Positions 29,003 to 38,419 of a DNA stretch of 64,000 nt are shown in pieces (position 1 is the first letter of the stretch; each line of letters begins with the position of its first letter). The notes below the pieces were generated by a model that had not been told where the DNA came from, did no database searches, and saw nothing but the letters and a program-made list of their open reading frames with translations. The DNA is from a virus: positions 1-64,000 of the IMG/VR virus record IMGVR_UViG_3300023184_000029. One strand, 5' to 3'. The translations under genes and the position numbers were made by a program.

Positions 29003-30006
29003 AGCAATACTTTAGCTGCTATCAAACAACCTTTGGCTACTGAGTGCAAGGGGTCTGATGATTGCTTGACTACTTTGATGGGTAATGGAAAATTATTTTC
29101 TGTTAATTTTTTAGTAAAAATTTCTATATAACCATCTGCTTGTGATGTTCCACCGGCTACAACAATAGTTAATGGGTTTTTAAATTTGGGTAGAGACTTA
29201 TGATTTGTTAAAGCAAAAGATAATTGTTTAGTTGTATAGTCTATTAATCTTTCATAATATGAGGATACAGCAGCTAAAACAGGATTATCGCTATGTTCCC
29301 CGATTTTAAAACCACCTGCCTCTTTCTCTGCCTGAACAACACTATCCGGTTCTCCGGTCGCTACGGCGCTCATACGATCAATCCAGTCACCGCTTTTGGT
29401 TGTGCTAAAAACCACTGTAGGCTCACCGTTTAACATAACGCAAACATTCGTCATACCGGCTCCGCAGCTAATTCCGATACCTGTATAATCTTCATTTTCT
29501 AATTCAGCATAACATAAAGCTTCTGCTTCGTTAATAGATTTAGCATCATATCCTACTTCACTAAGTATGGTTTTAACTACATCTTCATGATATCCAACAT
29601 CAAAATCTTCATCCTCTTGATCTACTGGTTGAGCAGGTACACAAAATACTAGTTTTTCACCGGGCCTATCAGATTGTCCGACTACTTCTTGTAATATAAA
29701 AGCTAATATTCTTTTAGCATCTTTTTCTTTAGACGATACAACACCTTTATACATGGGCCTTTTTGCTGTATCATTTCTTTCTATAGCTTTTTCTATAGCG
29801 TCTTTGCCTAAAAGAATAAATGATCCATCTTCATCTTTAATAAAAACTTTACCAGCCAACCCTTTCTCAATCATTTTCGTTGCCACAGGAGTTGTTGGTT
29901 TAATAATATAAAAAGCATCCCTGAATTCTTTATATTCAATGCTATTATTGGTTTCCTTGGATAGAACAATAAAACTTGTACCAACATCTAAACCTACTGT
30001 TGACAT
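28999..30006 (-). CDS. Actin-fold ATPase (MreB/FtsA/ParM-like)
   Basis: Phosphate 1 VGLDVGTS, INEAEA, phosphate 2 GISCGAGMTNV, adenosine VVAGGTS. Confidence 0.85.
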   Translation of the reverse strand: MSTVGLDVGTSFIVLSKETNNSIEYKEFRDAFYIIKPTTPVATKMIEKGLAGKVFIKDEDGSFILLGKDAIEKAIERNDTAKRPMYKGVVSSKEKDAKRILAFILQEVVGQSDRPGEKLVFCVPAQPVDQEDEDFDVGYHEDVVKTILSEVGYDAKSINEAEALCYAELENEDYTGIGISCGAGMTNVCVMLNGEPTVVFSTTKSGDWIDRMSAVATGEPDSVVQAEKEAGGFKIGEHSDNPVLAAVSSYYERLIDYTTKQLSFALTNHKSLPKFKNPLTIVVAGGTSQADGYIEIFTKKLTENNFPLPIKVVKQSSDPLHSVAKGCLIAAKVLL

Positions 30007-30009
30007 AAT

Positions 30010-30330
30010 TTATCCTTTCATATTTTTTAATTTATCTATAGAAGACGATATATTTTCTTGAGAGGTCTTGGTATCCCCCAGACTATTATATTTTCTTTCT
30101 AATCCAGAAGTTTTTATATCTCCTACATATTTTTTATTATCTATAGATATAGAATTAACTATATTTTTATTTTCATCAAAAAAGCTTTTTGGCCTATTAT
30201 TTAATACACCACTCTCATTTCGTTTTTGACCGATTAGATAGCCTATAAAAAACAAACACACCCCTATTACTAGGAGTGTGCTTGAAAATAATACTATAGT
30301 ATATATGTTAGTATTTAAATCTATTGTCAT
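30010..30330 (-). CDS. Single-TM membrane protein
   Basis: Long hydrophobic N-terminal segment. Confidence 0.7.
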   Translation of the reverse strand: MTIDLNTNIYTIVLFSSTLLVIGVCLFFIGYLIGQKRNESGVLNNRPKSFFDENKNIVNSISIDNKKYVGDIKTSGLERKYNSLGDTKTSQENISSSIDKLKNMKG

Positions 30331-31229
30331 AATCTGTTCCCGATTGTTCTACCCTTTGGGGTTCTACTAACATAACCTTCTCTTACTAAGAAAGGCTCAA
30401 TACTATTTTCTATAGTATCAATAGCAATCCCGGTTAAAGAGGATATTGCCTTTAATCCCATAGGATTGCCCTTAGACTTTTGCAAAATCTCTAAATATAA
30501 CCTATCATACACATCTAGACCTCTATGATCAATACCCTGACTACTAAAAATTTCATTTATATCCGATATGTCTTTATCTTTATAGAAAGAAACATAGCTT
30601 TTATACCATTGTAGCCTTGCATTTAATATACGAGGAGTTCCCTTGCTTCTTTTAGCTATCTCTAATAGATGGTCATCTGATATTGTTAGTCCAAGCTTTC
30701 TAGAGTTCGACCCTGCTAGTTTAGCTAGTTCATCTGGAGAATAAAAAGATAGATGTTCTTTAATAATAAACCTATCATAGAAAGGCTGACTTAGACTTCC
30801 TCCGCTAGTAGTCGCACCCACTATACAAAAAAGAGGCAAATCTATTTTTTCTGGCTGATCTTCTACAGATATATTCAGAACAAAATCCTCCATTACTGGA
30901 TACAAAAATTCTTCTACAATTTTTGGAAGTCTATGAATCTCATCAATAAATAATACAGACCTTGGGGCTATGCCCATTAGATAAGGAATAATATTTTTAA
31001 CACTACGAATATTTGCAGCATTGGCTGTATATAGATTAACTCCAAGTTCGTTAGCAATAGAACTAGCGATAGTGGTCTTTCCTAAGCCTGGGGGGCCGTC
31101 TATTAAAACGTGAGGCATCACACTCTCAGAGTTTAAACAACCATGCACCAGAATTTGCAATCTAGTTACTACATCTGACTGACCAACGATATCATTTAAT
31201 CTAGAAGGACGCATAATATTATTTGACAT
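30327..31229 (-). CDS. ruvB: Holliday junction branch-migration helicase RuvB
   Basis: MRPSRL, DGPPGLGKTT, LFIDEIHR, GATT, RSKGTPR, IEPFLVREG..SRTPKGR. Confidence 0.95.
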   Translation of the reverse strand: MSNNIMRPSRLNDIVGQSDVVTRLQILVHGCLNSESVMPHVLIDGPPGLGKTTIASSIANELGVNLYTANAANIRSVKNIIPYLMGIAPRSVLFIDEIHRLPKIVEEFLYPVMEDFVLNISVEDQPEKIDLPLFCIVGATTSGGSLSQPFYDRFIIKEHLSFYSPDELAKLAGSNSRKLGLTISDDHLLEIAKRSKGTPRILNARLQWYKSYVSFYKDKDISDINEIFSSQGIDHRGLDVYDRLYLEILQKSKGNPMGLKAISSLTGIAIDTIENSIEPFLVREGYVSRTPKGRTIGNRL

Positions 31230-31231
31230 AA

Positions 31232-31624
31232 TTAATTCCTAATGGACTCCAAAGTTTGTTTGACCAAAATAACATAATCATCGACCCTATTTTCTTCATA
31301 GGATTTATTTACTAATTCAATAGCTTCTATCTTAGTAAATCCATATCCTATTAATAGTTTAGTAGCTTTTTCTAAAAGATCATTCGAGATTTTATGGTGT
31401 TCTTTAGGTGGCTCTATTGCTATTACTTTTTTAAGATAATTTATTTTAAAGTCTGTTACTCTTTTGACTTTAAAAACTTCTCCACAGTCGCAGACTACCT
31501 TAAAGTTAATAGTAGCAGCTTGTCTCCAAGATAACCAATGGTCTTGGTTACACTGAGAACATCTATATTTAAGATTAATCTCTTGATCAATCGGTTTCTG
31601 GAGTTTCTTTTTTGTTTTCATCAT
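31232..31624 (-). CDS. Zn-ribbon protein fused to RuvA C-terminal-like domain
   Basis: CSQC...CDC; C-terminal EKATKLLIGYGFTKIEAIELV...LVKQTL resembles RuvA domain III. Confidence 0.6.
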   Translation of the reverse strand: MMKTKKKLQKPIDQEINLKYRCSQCNQDHWLSWRQAATINFKVVCDCGEVFKVKRVTDFKINYLKKVIAIEPPKEHHKISNDLLEKATKLLIGYGFTKIEAIELVNKSYEENRVDDYVILVKQTLESIRN

Positions 31625-32018
31625 CTTTTACCCAAAAAATAAAATCATTGTTTTCTTCATCAAAAGCACTTTCCAATAGACCGTTATTAACAAGCTTATT
31701 TAGTATATTGCTAATCATTCTATTATTGAACGACTCCAACATCTTCATTAAGATACTATCATTAATATAATATGATATAGTCTTGGTTTTTTTATTATTT
31801 TTTTTCTTCAAAAATTGTTTTGCAATATTTTCACATTCGGCAAAAGAAAGAGTAGAATCTAGTTCTTTTTCTTCGTCCATAGATAATGAAGATAACATTG
31901 CTGTTAAGCTATCATTTGAGTCCTCATTAACTTGACCAAAAAACTTAAACACCAATCTTCTAGCATGGTCTATAAATTCTGGCAAATTTCTTATAATATA
32001 CCATTCTTTGTTTTCCAT
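31587..32018 (-). CDS. Hypothetical protein
   Basis: 143 aa ORF in operon. Confidence 0.7.
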   Translation of the reverse strand: MENKEWYIIRNLPEFIDHARRLVFKFFGQVNEDSNDSLTAMLSSLSMDEEKELDSTLSFAECENIAKQFLKKKNNKKTKTISYYINDSILMKMLESFNNRMISNILNKLVNNGLLESAFDEENNDFIFWVKDDENKKETPETD

Positions 32019-32028
32019 ATGTATAATG

Positions 32029-32481
32029 TTAATTTAAAATATCAAACATTCCTTTGTAGTAATGTGGCTGTTTTAAAAAATACACAGAATGAGAGACTAT
32101 ATGATTAATATAATCGTGTTGAGTCTTGTCGTGTATAAAATATTTTTTCTTCCATACTTTAACATTATCATAGTTATTCCCCAAATACTGGAAGGAATTA
32201 CCCTTGCCAGTATTGGAGAAGTAACTATTCACAGGAATCGACTTGCTTGGAAAACCAGAGGCAGGCGGGATGCCGAAACCACCAACATACCATACATTTG
32301 GAGAACTTTCAACTATATCATTTAGAGCATCTTGTAACATTTTACCCCAAGAGTCCCATGCTTCTGGATCAAACTTAAAGTAATGTTTATACTTTTTCTC
32401 TAAATTGTCCTGACTATCATCATAGTCGTGACTATCATCATAGTTGTCATCATGTTCTTCGTTCATTTTTATCCTATACAA
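32029..32481 (-). CDS. Hypothetical protein with acidic N-terminus
   Basis: 150 aa ORF in operon. Confidence 0.65.
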   Translation of the reverse strand: MYRIKMNEEHDDNYDDSHDYDDSQDNLEKKYKHYFKFDPEAWDSWGKMLQDALNDIVESSPNVWYVGGFGIPPASGFPSKSIPVNSYFSNTGKGNSFQYLGNNYDNVKVWKKKYFIHDKTQHDYINHIVSHSVYFLKQPHYYKGMFDILN

Positions 32482-33608
32482 AACTTATCACTAAGTTCAT
32501 TAGCTAGTTCTTTAGCAGCACCGGATAGGAATCTGTTGCCGCTAAAATATAGTGGGGTACTCACTTGATTTAGGAACTCCACCACCGTTTTTAAAAGTTT
32601 GGTCTGCTGACCGTCGAGACTTATATCCTCGTCACCAGTATCATTTGGAAGCGTCTGGAGAGCATCTGTATCGTCCTCAGTCGCAGGAGATACTGGCATG
32701 GGATCACCATAAGCTTTTTGAAAGACACTACCACTAGCATACCCATAAATCGGTTTGATATTTTCTGTGCTATTTGTATATGTCTCAGGACTCAAAGCTT
32801 TCATCTGATTCAGAATGTTTGTTGCAACATTAAACGATACTGGAACTCCAGTAACGTCAGACCTCTTATAAGCCTTAGCATATTCTTTAAACCATTCGTC
32901 GCTAGTCTTATTTGCAACAACATTAACAACAGCAGACACTCCATCAAGAGCCTCTTTAAGCTGTTCAATATTAACCCAATTACCAGTTGATCCCGATAAA
33001 ATACTGGTAAAATAAGGCTGCTTTCCTTCCCAACCCTTCCTCCACCAAGTATAAGGGATCCTATAAATCTGATTGATTTTAATAGCTCTGGCATCACCAC
33101 CAAAATGGTTTACAAGTTTCTTCTGGATACCATTCCAGTAAGTCTTGTGAGGATTCGTATTGTTTTGGTTTAGAATCCAATAGCATTGATAGCCATTACG
33201 AGTATCAACAACCCAGCTTGGCTTTACTGGAAAGTTATTGATCTGATCCAAGAATTCCTTTTTCTTCTGCATAACGATACTGGGCTTAAAATAACGACCT
33301 TGATCATCTCGACCAGCATCCATATCGACAAAACAAGCACGAATTCTACTAATAGCATACTGCTTACGTCCACCATTAACATAGAAGTAAGCATCAGCAC
33401 CTTGACTATCGTTGGCAATAGCAACAGTTGTAAGATGATCTGTATGATTCATACTACTGATCTTCTTACGAGGATCACCGTTGTAACAGAAAATCTGCTG
33501 ACCACCAAAAGAATCAAAAAACTTATTTCGCAAAGTAATTTGATCTCTTGTTCCAATTGCACTGTGATTCTTATCGAACGGATTAAAAGCCAAAGTATCG
33601 CTAAACAT
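32469..33608 (-). CDS. RepB-like DNA primase (AEP-type) domain protein
   Basis: FYVNG, RACFVDMD, PSWVVDTRNGYQCYW, YRIPYT; start reassigned to ATG 33608 (MFSDT) behind AAGAGG RBS. Confidence 0.7.
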   Translation of the reverse strand: MFSDTLAFNPFDKNHSAIGTRDQITLRNKFFDSFGGQQIFCYNGDPRKKISSMNHTDHLTTVAIANDSQGADAYFYVNGGRKQYAISRIRACFVDMDAGRDDQGRYFKPSIVMQKKKEFLDQINNFPVKPSWVVDTRNGYQCYWILNQNNTNPHKTYWNGIQKKLVNHFGGDARAIKINQIYRIPYTWWRKGWEGKQPYFTSILSGSTGNWVNIEQLKEALDGVSAVVNVVANKTSDEWFKEYAKAYKRSDVTGVPVSFNVATNILNQMKALSPETYTNSTENIKPIYGYASGSVFQKAYGDPMPVSPATEDDTDALQTLPNDTGDEDISLDGQQTKLLKTVVEFLNQVSTPLYFSGNRFLSGAAKELANELSDKFCIG

Positions 33609-33688
33609 TTGTTTTCCTCTTTTACTACTTCCCACCAAATATTTTGATATTGGGATAGCAAACACTACTATCAAAAGCAATATCTCTA

Positions 33689-33775
33689 AAAATGTGGGAG
33701 GGAATCGAACCCTCTCAATTAGCGTATGCCTTATAGCTAGAGGCTAATATCTTTAGTCACCAGACTCCACCTTTT
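33689..33775 (-). ncRNA. Degenerate tRNA-like element
   Basis: Perfect T-arm GAGGG-TTCGATT-CCCTC and acceptor-like AAGGTGG/CCACATT, but no canonical D or anticodon arm. Confidence 0.45.
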
Positions 33776-33784
33776 GACTATCTC

Positions 33785-34657
33785 TTAGTACTGATTATTC
33801 CAATCATCCTCATCAAGATCATCTTCTTCATATTCTTCCTCTTCCTCATCCTCATCAAACTGATCCCAATACCCTTCTTCATTGGTATAATCTTCGTCCT
33901 CATCCTCATAGTCATCCTGACTAAAATCAGCAGAATACAGGGGCTTTAGAAGTTCACCCTCATATTCTCCAACAACTTCATATCGGCATGTGCGAAGCTT
34001 TTCGCAGTTGCAATCGCTTGGAACACTCACAACATCTTTCGGATTAATCTTAACAATCACAATCCTATCACCAGATTCTAGGCTGCCATAACCAGCAACG
34101 TAGTTCAATGCACCAGCATGAAGCCCATCAGAACAGCCCCTAGCACGATTATCATCAACCTTTGCTCTTTGCATAGTGCAAATCTGACCAACGCGATTAT
34201 CAAAAACCCCACGATACTTATCCTTATAATCACTCCTTACTGCCTTATAAGCCAGAAAGTGACCATCCTCAGTAATTGGCAGATGCTCATGTTCAAGGAA
34301 ATCATAAAGTTCCTTCTGACTCTGCATACTAGGATTTTCCATGATATTATTCAGAAAATTAACGAGCGGTTGGAACGGTAGTCCCTTGCTCATAAACTCT
34401 AGAATTCTTTTGCTAATTGATCCATGAACAGGCTCACCTTCATAAGTGACCTGACCATTCTTGATCTCCACAAGACCATCACTAAAAGTAGCAACAGCTT
34501 TTTGAACATCAACAACCTCCAACAGTTCCTCTGCCGTAGCAGAGGGAAGTTTTTCCAGAATCAACTTATAGTTGATATGATCCGGCAACACCTGATAACT
34601 CTGGTTATTTAGAACCAGTGTCAAATTACCATCCACAAACATAAACGGAACAGCCAT
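33785..34657 (-). CDS. rIIB: rIIB-like protein
   Basis: LYDFLEH, ITEDGHFLAYKAV, CSDGLH, VKINPKDVVSVP.D...KLRTCRYEV; acidic tail. Confidence 0.9.
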   Translation of the reverse strand: MAVPFMFVDGNLTLVLNNQSYQVLPDHINYKLILEKLPSATAEELLEVVDVQKAVATFSDGLVEIKNGQVTYEGEPVHGSISKRILEFMSKGLPFQPLVNFLNNIMENPSMQSQKELYDFLEHEHLPITEDGHFLAYKAVRSDYKDKYRGVFDNRVGQICTMQRAKVDDNRARGCSDGLHAGALNYVAGYGSLESGDRIVIVKINPKDVVSVPSDCNCEKLRTCRYEVVGEYEGELLKPLYSADFSQDDYEDEDEDYTNEEGYWDQFDEDEEEEEYEEDDLDEDDWNNQY

Positions 34658-34702
34658 AATCCAACTCCTAAAAATTAAAGTTTCGATACCTGTGATACTG
34701 TC

Positions 34703-34730
34703 ATTTTACACTAATCGGCAAGCTTGTCAA
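34703..34730 (-). promoter_or_regulatory. Sigma70 promoter with CCGAT spacer motif
   Basis: TTGACA-AGCTTGCCGATTAGTG-TAAAAT. Confidence 0.75.
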
Positions 34731-34751
34731 GGGGTCTTGAACAATTTCTGA

Positions 34752-37439
34752 CTACTTGATCAAACTACTCAACTGAATCTTTAATAGGTCAATATTCTCC
34801 TGACTCATCTGCTGGATCCAATCCTTACCAGAATTTCCATAGTATGAGTGACGATCCTCAAGAATAGGATTCTGACTAGGCTTTAGGTCTGTCAAATTAC
34901 CAGATACTTGATGATTCCCCATAATAAGCTTTAGCATAGGATTCTTATCTATCTCAGTTTTGATCTGCTCCCTAATTTCAGAGATTTTCCATCTTTTAAG
35001 ATCCTCAGTAGAAGTCCCACGAATAATCTTGAGATAACCCTCTGCTTTTGTACTATTATCTCCAGAGTACAAAGAGTTGGAGATCATGCGAGTCAAGGTA
35101 TTGTAGGCCAAATTAGCATTACGAATCTCCTTACCGTCAACATCTTCAATGCCAATTTCTTTCATAAGCTTAGAGATATGAGATAGATATTCTGTTTGCT
35201 TAAACTTACTAATATTAAAAGGACTCATATGAACAGTATTAGCAAAGAACTCTGTTAGCATAGTCTTATTCAAACAATCTACAAGAGTCTTGTTGTTAAT
35301 AAACTTATCATAATCTAGACCAAAGATATTCAGAATATGAAACATAAACTGCTTATCTGTTGTTCCATGCCTATTATATGCGTATCCTCCAGAGGTCTTC
35401 TCCTCTGTTGCATAGTCCTTCTTACAATATTCAACAAGCTTGTTGATAGAAGAAAGATTCTTAAAATGTTTTTCTGCTACAACTTTAAGCTGTCTCTTCA
35501 AAAAGTCGTTGAAGTTAACAAGATTGTATCCGTCTTTCTCAAGCTTTTTAGCAAAAGCTGTTTTGATAGCATAAACCTTACTATCTCCAACCAAGTCCTT
35601 GACTATACTCTTGAGCGTTTCATCTCTAAGAGTAATACCAATATCATTAATCTGTGGATAGCCAGACGCAGGTTCAGTCTTATAGCGAAGCATAGGAACA
35701 TACACGATCTCATCTTGTTCCAGAAAATCTTCCAGTTGTTCTTCTGAAAGAATTCTCAGACAAGTAGCGTCGTTGTAAGGATTGGTAATCTGCTTGCTAT
35801 CCTTATCATAACCATGAATAAAGAATACGTCTTGATCGCTAACGCTACCATTAGAATTTCTATTGTAAGACTTTCTTGGTCCAGAACTTTGTGTCAGATG
35901 TTTGTAGTCTGAAACCTTGAGTAGATTTTCAGCCCCAACATCTTCAATCAGTTGATCAAAACCTTCTCCGCTTTTTGTATGATCCTTAGTATCAATCAAG
36001 AGGTATGCAAAGCAATCATTTGTATTACAATATTTTGTAATAATTTTCTTAGCAGTCTCTTCACCCTTAACGTCACACACAAAGAAACTCATCTGACCTT
36101 TCTTTTTCTGGTTATTCCAATAACTATAACCTTTACCAGTAAGAGTTTCGTGATGAATCTTATCAGTCAGAGCAACCATGCGACGAGAACGAAACCCAGC
36201 AGTCTTGTAATTAAAAACATACAGACTCTTGCCAGCCGGAATTTTATATTCCAGATCGTTACCAGAATTGATGGGATGATCTTTGCCCTTGGGATCGGTC
36301 CAAGATGCACCAACTCCCCATCCTCCAGCCAGTTCGTTCATGGTATAGTATGAAGTAATGGCTTCTACTTTAGTTTTAGAAGTTTGAATTTTCTTGGAGA
36401 ATTCTTCCTTCATCTCAATATAAATTTCTTGAGTCTTTTTACGAAGGGTCTTGATCACATCTTTAGTATACTGCAATCCTTCCCGGCTTACGTCCATCTC
36501 AAGTTGACCGATATTAAAATCCAACTCAAGATAAAGACCAGAGTTGATAATCTCACTAACAAAACTCTTCCAACTATCAATATCTGCTTTTTGGAAAGCT
36601 CTATTCCACTTCTGAATATGATCTGGCATCTCTTCCTTTTCTTGACCCACAATCTGTGCTGTCTGAACAGGATACGCAATATTGCCCATGATAGCTACAA
36701 CACCACTATCAATACGATGATAACTATTAGGATAGTATTGAGTATCATTATTCAGTCGGCAAACTCTCCACCCGTCACCACTAATAACGATGCTAGTATT
36801 ACTATACTTATGATCTTGTAAACCACTCCCGATACCACCCTCAATAATAGGTTTCATACGGAAATAATGGAAGATTCTCTTAGCCTTATCTGTAAATTCT
36901 TGGAAGTCATGCTGCTTAACAGCAAAACTAATCTCAAGACCATTAGGCTCAGATGTATTAGAAGTATTAAAAAGATTGAGGGTAGGAACACCGCTCTCAT
37001 CAATCGCCGCAATATAGGTATATTTCTTGCCATTATAATAAGATGCGGTCGTAAAACTCTTGGTATAAGCAAACGGACTCTTAGACCCTAGACCAAGACA
37101 ACCCACAAAATCATTGCTATCATTCTTGTTGGACGCTCCATAGGTTGTATACAAGTCCTCCATATCATGCTGACTAAGACCAGTACCGTAATCTCTAACC
37201 ATAAAAGTTGGATTAGCAGCGGTGGGCAGAGTTACCTTAAAAGGATTCTTATTACCAGCAGAAATGTGGCTATCATAAGCATTAGTTGAAAGCTCACGAA
37301 TTGCAGCCATAACCTTGTCAGAATAAAGAGAATCTGAAAGGATTTTAAACATTTTGCTTGTTTGAGCAATATTAAACTGATTCTTGCTCGTAACACCAAC
37401 GCTGTGAGTCTCAATCGTCCTATCTGCCAACTTCATCAT
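34752..37439 (-). CDS. rIIA: rIIA-like protein (GHKL/HSP90-like N-terminal ATPase)
   Basis: LYSDK..AAIRELSTNAYDSH, VRDYGTGLS, GCLGLGSKSPFAY, SREGLQY; upstream of rIIB. Confidence 0.9.
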   Translation of the reverse strand: MMKLADRTIETHSVGVTSKNQFNIAQTSKMFKILSDSLYSDKVMAAIRELSTNAYDSHISAGNKNPFKVTLPTAANPTFMVRDYGTGLSQHDMEDLYTTYGASNKNDSNDFVGCLGLGSKSPFAYTKSFTTASYYNGKKYTYIAAIDESGVPTLNLFNTSNTSEPNGLEISFAVKQHDFQEFTDKAKRIFHYFRMKPIIEGGIGSGLQDHKYSNTSIVISGDGWRVCRLNNDTQYYPNSYHRIDSGVVAIMGNIAYPVQTAQIVGQEKEEMPDHIQKWNRAFQKADIDSWKSFVSEIINSGLYLELDFNIGQLEMDVSREGLQYTKDVIKTLRKKTQEIYIEMKEEFSKKIQTSKTKVEAITSYYTMNELAGGWGVGASWTDPKGKDHPINSGNDLEYKIPAGKSLYVFNYKTAGFRSRRMVALTDKIHHETLTGKGYSYWNNQKKKGQMSFFVCDVKGEETAKKIITKYCNTNDCFAYLLIDTKDHTKSGEGFDQLIEDVGAENLLKVSDYKHLTQSSGPRKSYNRNSNGSVSDQDVFFIHGYDKDSKQITNPYNDATCLRILSEEQLEDFLEQDEIVYVPMLRYKTEPASGYPQINDIGITLRDETLKSIVKDLVGDSKVYAIKTAFAKKLEKDGYNLVNFNDFLKRQLKVVAEKHFKNLSSINKLVEYCKKDYATEEKTSGGYAYNRHGTTDKQFMFHILNIFGLDYDKFINNKTLVDCLNKTMLTEFFANTVHMSPFNISKFKQTEYLSHISKLMKEIGIEDVDGKEIRNANLAYNTLTRMISNSLYSGDNSTKAEGYLKIIRGTSTEDLKRWKISEIREQIKTEIDKNPMLKLIMGNHQVSGNLTDLKPSQNPILEDRHSYYGNSGKDWIQQMSQENIDLLKIQLSSLIK

Positions 37440-37477
37440 TTTTCTCCAAAAGTGTTATCGTTCCCTGTGATAGCTAG

Positions 37478-37506
37478 AGTATACCATCGGCAAAACCTCT
37501 TGTCAA
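37478..37506 (-). promoter_or_regulatory. Sigma70 promoter with CCGAT spacer motif
   Basis: TTGACA-AGAGGTTTTGCCGATGG-TATACT. Confidence 0.8.
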
Positions 37507-37754
37507 GCATCAGTTTTCTTTTGTTGTCTGTCTGATATTATTTTAAAGCCTATGGCTATGTCTATCAGACCCAAAACTTTTAAAAAGACCACAGGCAAAG
37601 TAAACGTCATACCTCCAACAAGTATGCAGAGCAATCCCATGACCCACACAAAAAACCTTGGTATCCAATTAAATAAAGATAAGATGTAACTTAATGGCCC
37701 TATAATTATCACAGAAAAAAAGATTATTGTTACTATCAGAGCCAAACTAGCCAT
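37503..37754 (-). CDS. Small multi-TM membrane protein
   Basis: Almost entirely hydrophobic 83 aa. Confidence 0.7.
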   Translation of the reverse strand: MASLALIVTIIFFSVIIIGPLSYILSLFNWIPRFFVWVMGLLCILVGGMTFTLPVVFLKVLGLIDIAIGFKIISDRQQKKTDA

Positions 37755-38083
37755 TACTGAATCTCATCTTCTTCGTCTTCATCATCGGTATTTTTATCTT
37801 CCCAATTATTTACTTCTGGTATCCATCCCTCATTAGAAGAATATTCTTCATCAATATCTTCATCATCTATTATTTGTTCTGCATCTTCTATAAATATAGT
37901 TAATGTATTAAGTATTTCTAGTACAGAGTCTATTTTTGCAGATACTAGTTTTACTTCTTTCTTTAGTGATTGTATTTCTCTATGGGTAGTATCTATGTCT
38001 TTTGATAGTTTATTGTCTACTCTATGAATTTCTTTATTACTTTTCATTACTTCTTTTATTACATCATCTATATTTTTTGACAT
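37754..38083 (-). CDS. Coiled-coil protein with acidic tail
   Basis: Heptad pattern then D/E-rich C-terminus. Confidence 0.7.
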   Translation of the reverse strand: MSKNIDDVIKEVMKSNKEIHRVDNKLSKDIDTTHREIQSLKKEVKLVSAKIDSVLEILNTLTIFIEDAEQIIDDEDIDEEYSSNEGWIPEVNNWEDKNTDDEDEEDEIQ

Positions 38084-38093
38084 TATATCATCC

Positions 38094-38408
38094 TTAAAAA
38101 TTTAAATTTTTGTACTCTTTTATATCTCCATTTTCAGCAATCTTCTTATCCTCATAACCCCCAGCCACCCTGCGATACAGTTCTTGCTTAATGTTCTCTA
38201 ATACACCAGTAGCCATAGCAATCTTGCTATAAGATACGTCCCCCATTACATTCATTATGATGCGAGAAAAACAATAGTTTATTCGCCCAAGATACCGGCT
38301 AAAATCACGAGGATTATTCAGATTAGTTTTGCTATTTAGTATAACATTAGACAAAACCTCTATTGCACTATTTAGTTCAAGTCTTTCGTCTTCATTAATA
38401 TATGGCAT
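38094..38408 (-). CDS. Hypothetical protein
   Basis: Likely start MPYINEDER at 38408; GRINY and GVLENIKQELYRR segments. Confidence 0.7.
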   Translation of the reverse strand: MPYINEDERLELNSAIEVLSNVILNSKTNLNNPRDFSRYLGRINYCFSRIIMNVMGDVSYSKIAMATGVLENIKQELYRRVAGGYEDKKIAENGDIKEYKNLNF

Positions 38409-38419
38409 ATTTTTTCCTA

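Noticed and set aside
33689-33775. Functional amber-suppressor tRNA(CUA)
   Set aside because: CUCUAGC could be a loop, but its flanks (UUAGC/UAUAA) do not form an anticodon stem and the D-arm spacing is non-canonical
33186-36821. Plus-strand ORFs of 130-150 aa inside the primase and rIIA genes (and similar ones such as 835-1122, 5012-5344, 9606-10175, 48385-48765)
   Set aside because: Antisense shadows of well-supported minus-strand genes, with no RBS or motifs and biased composition
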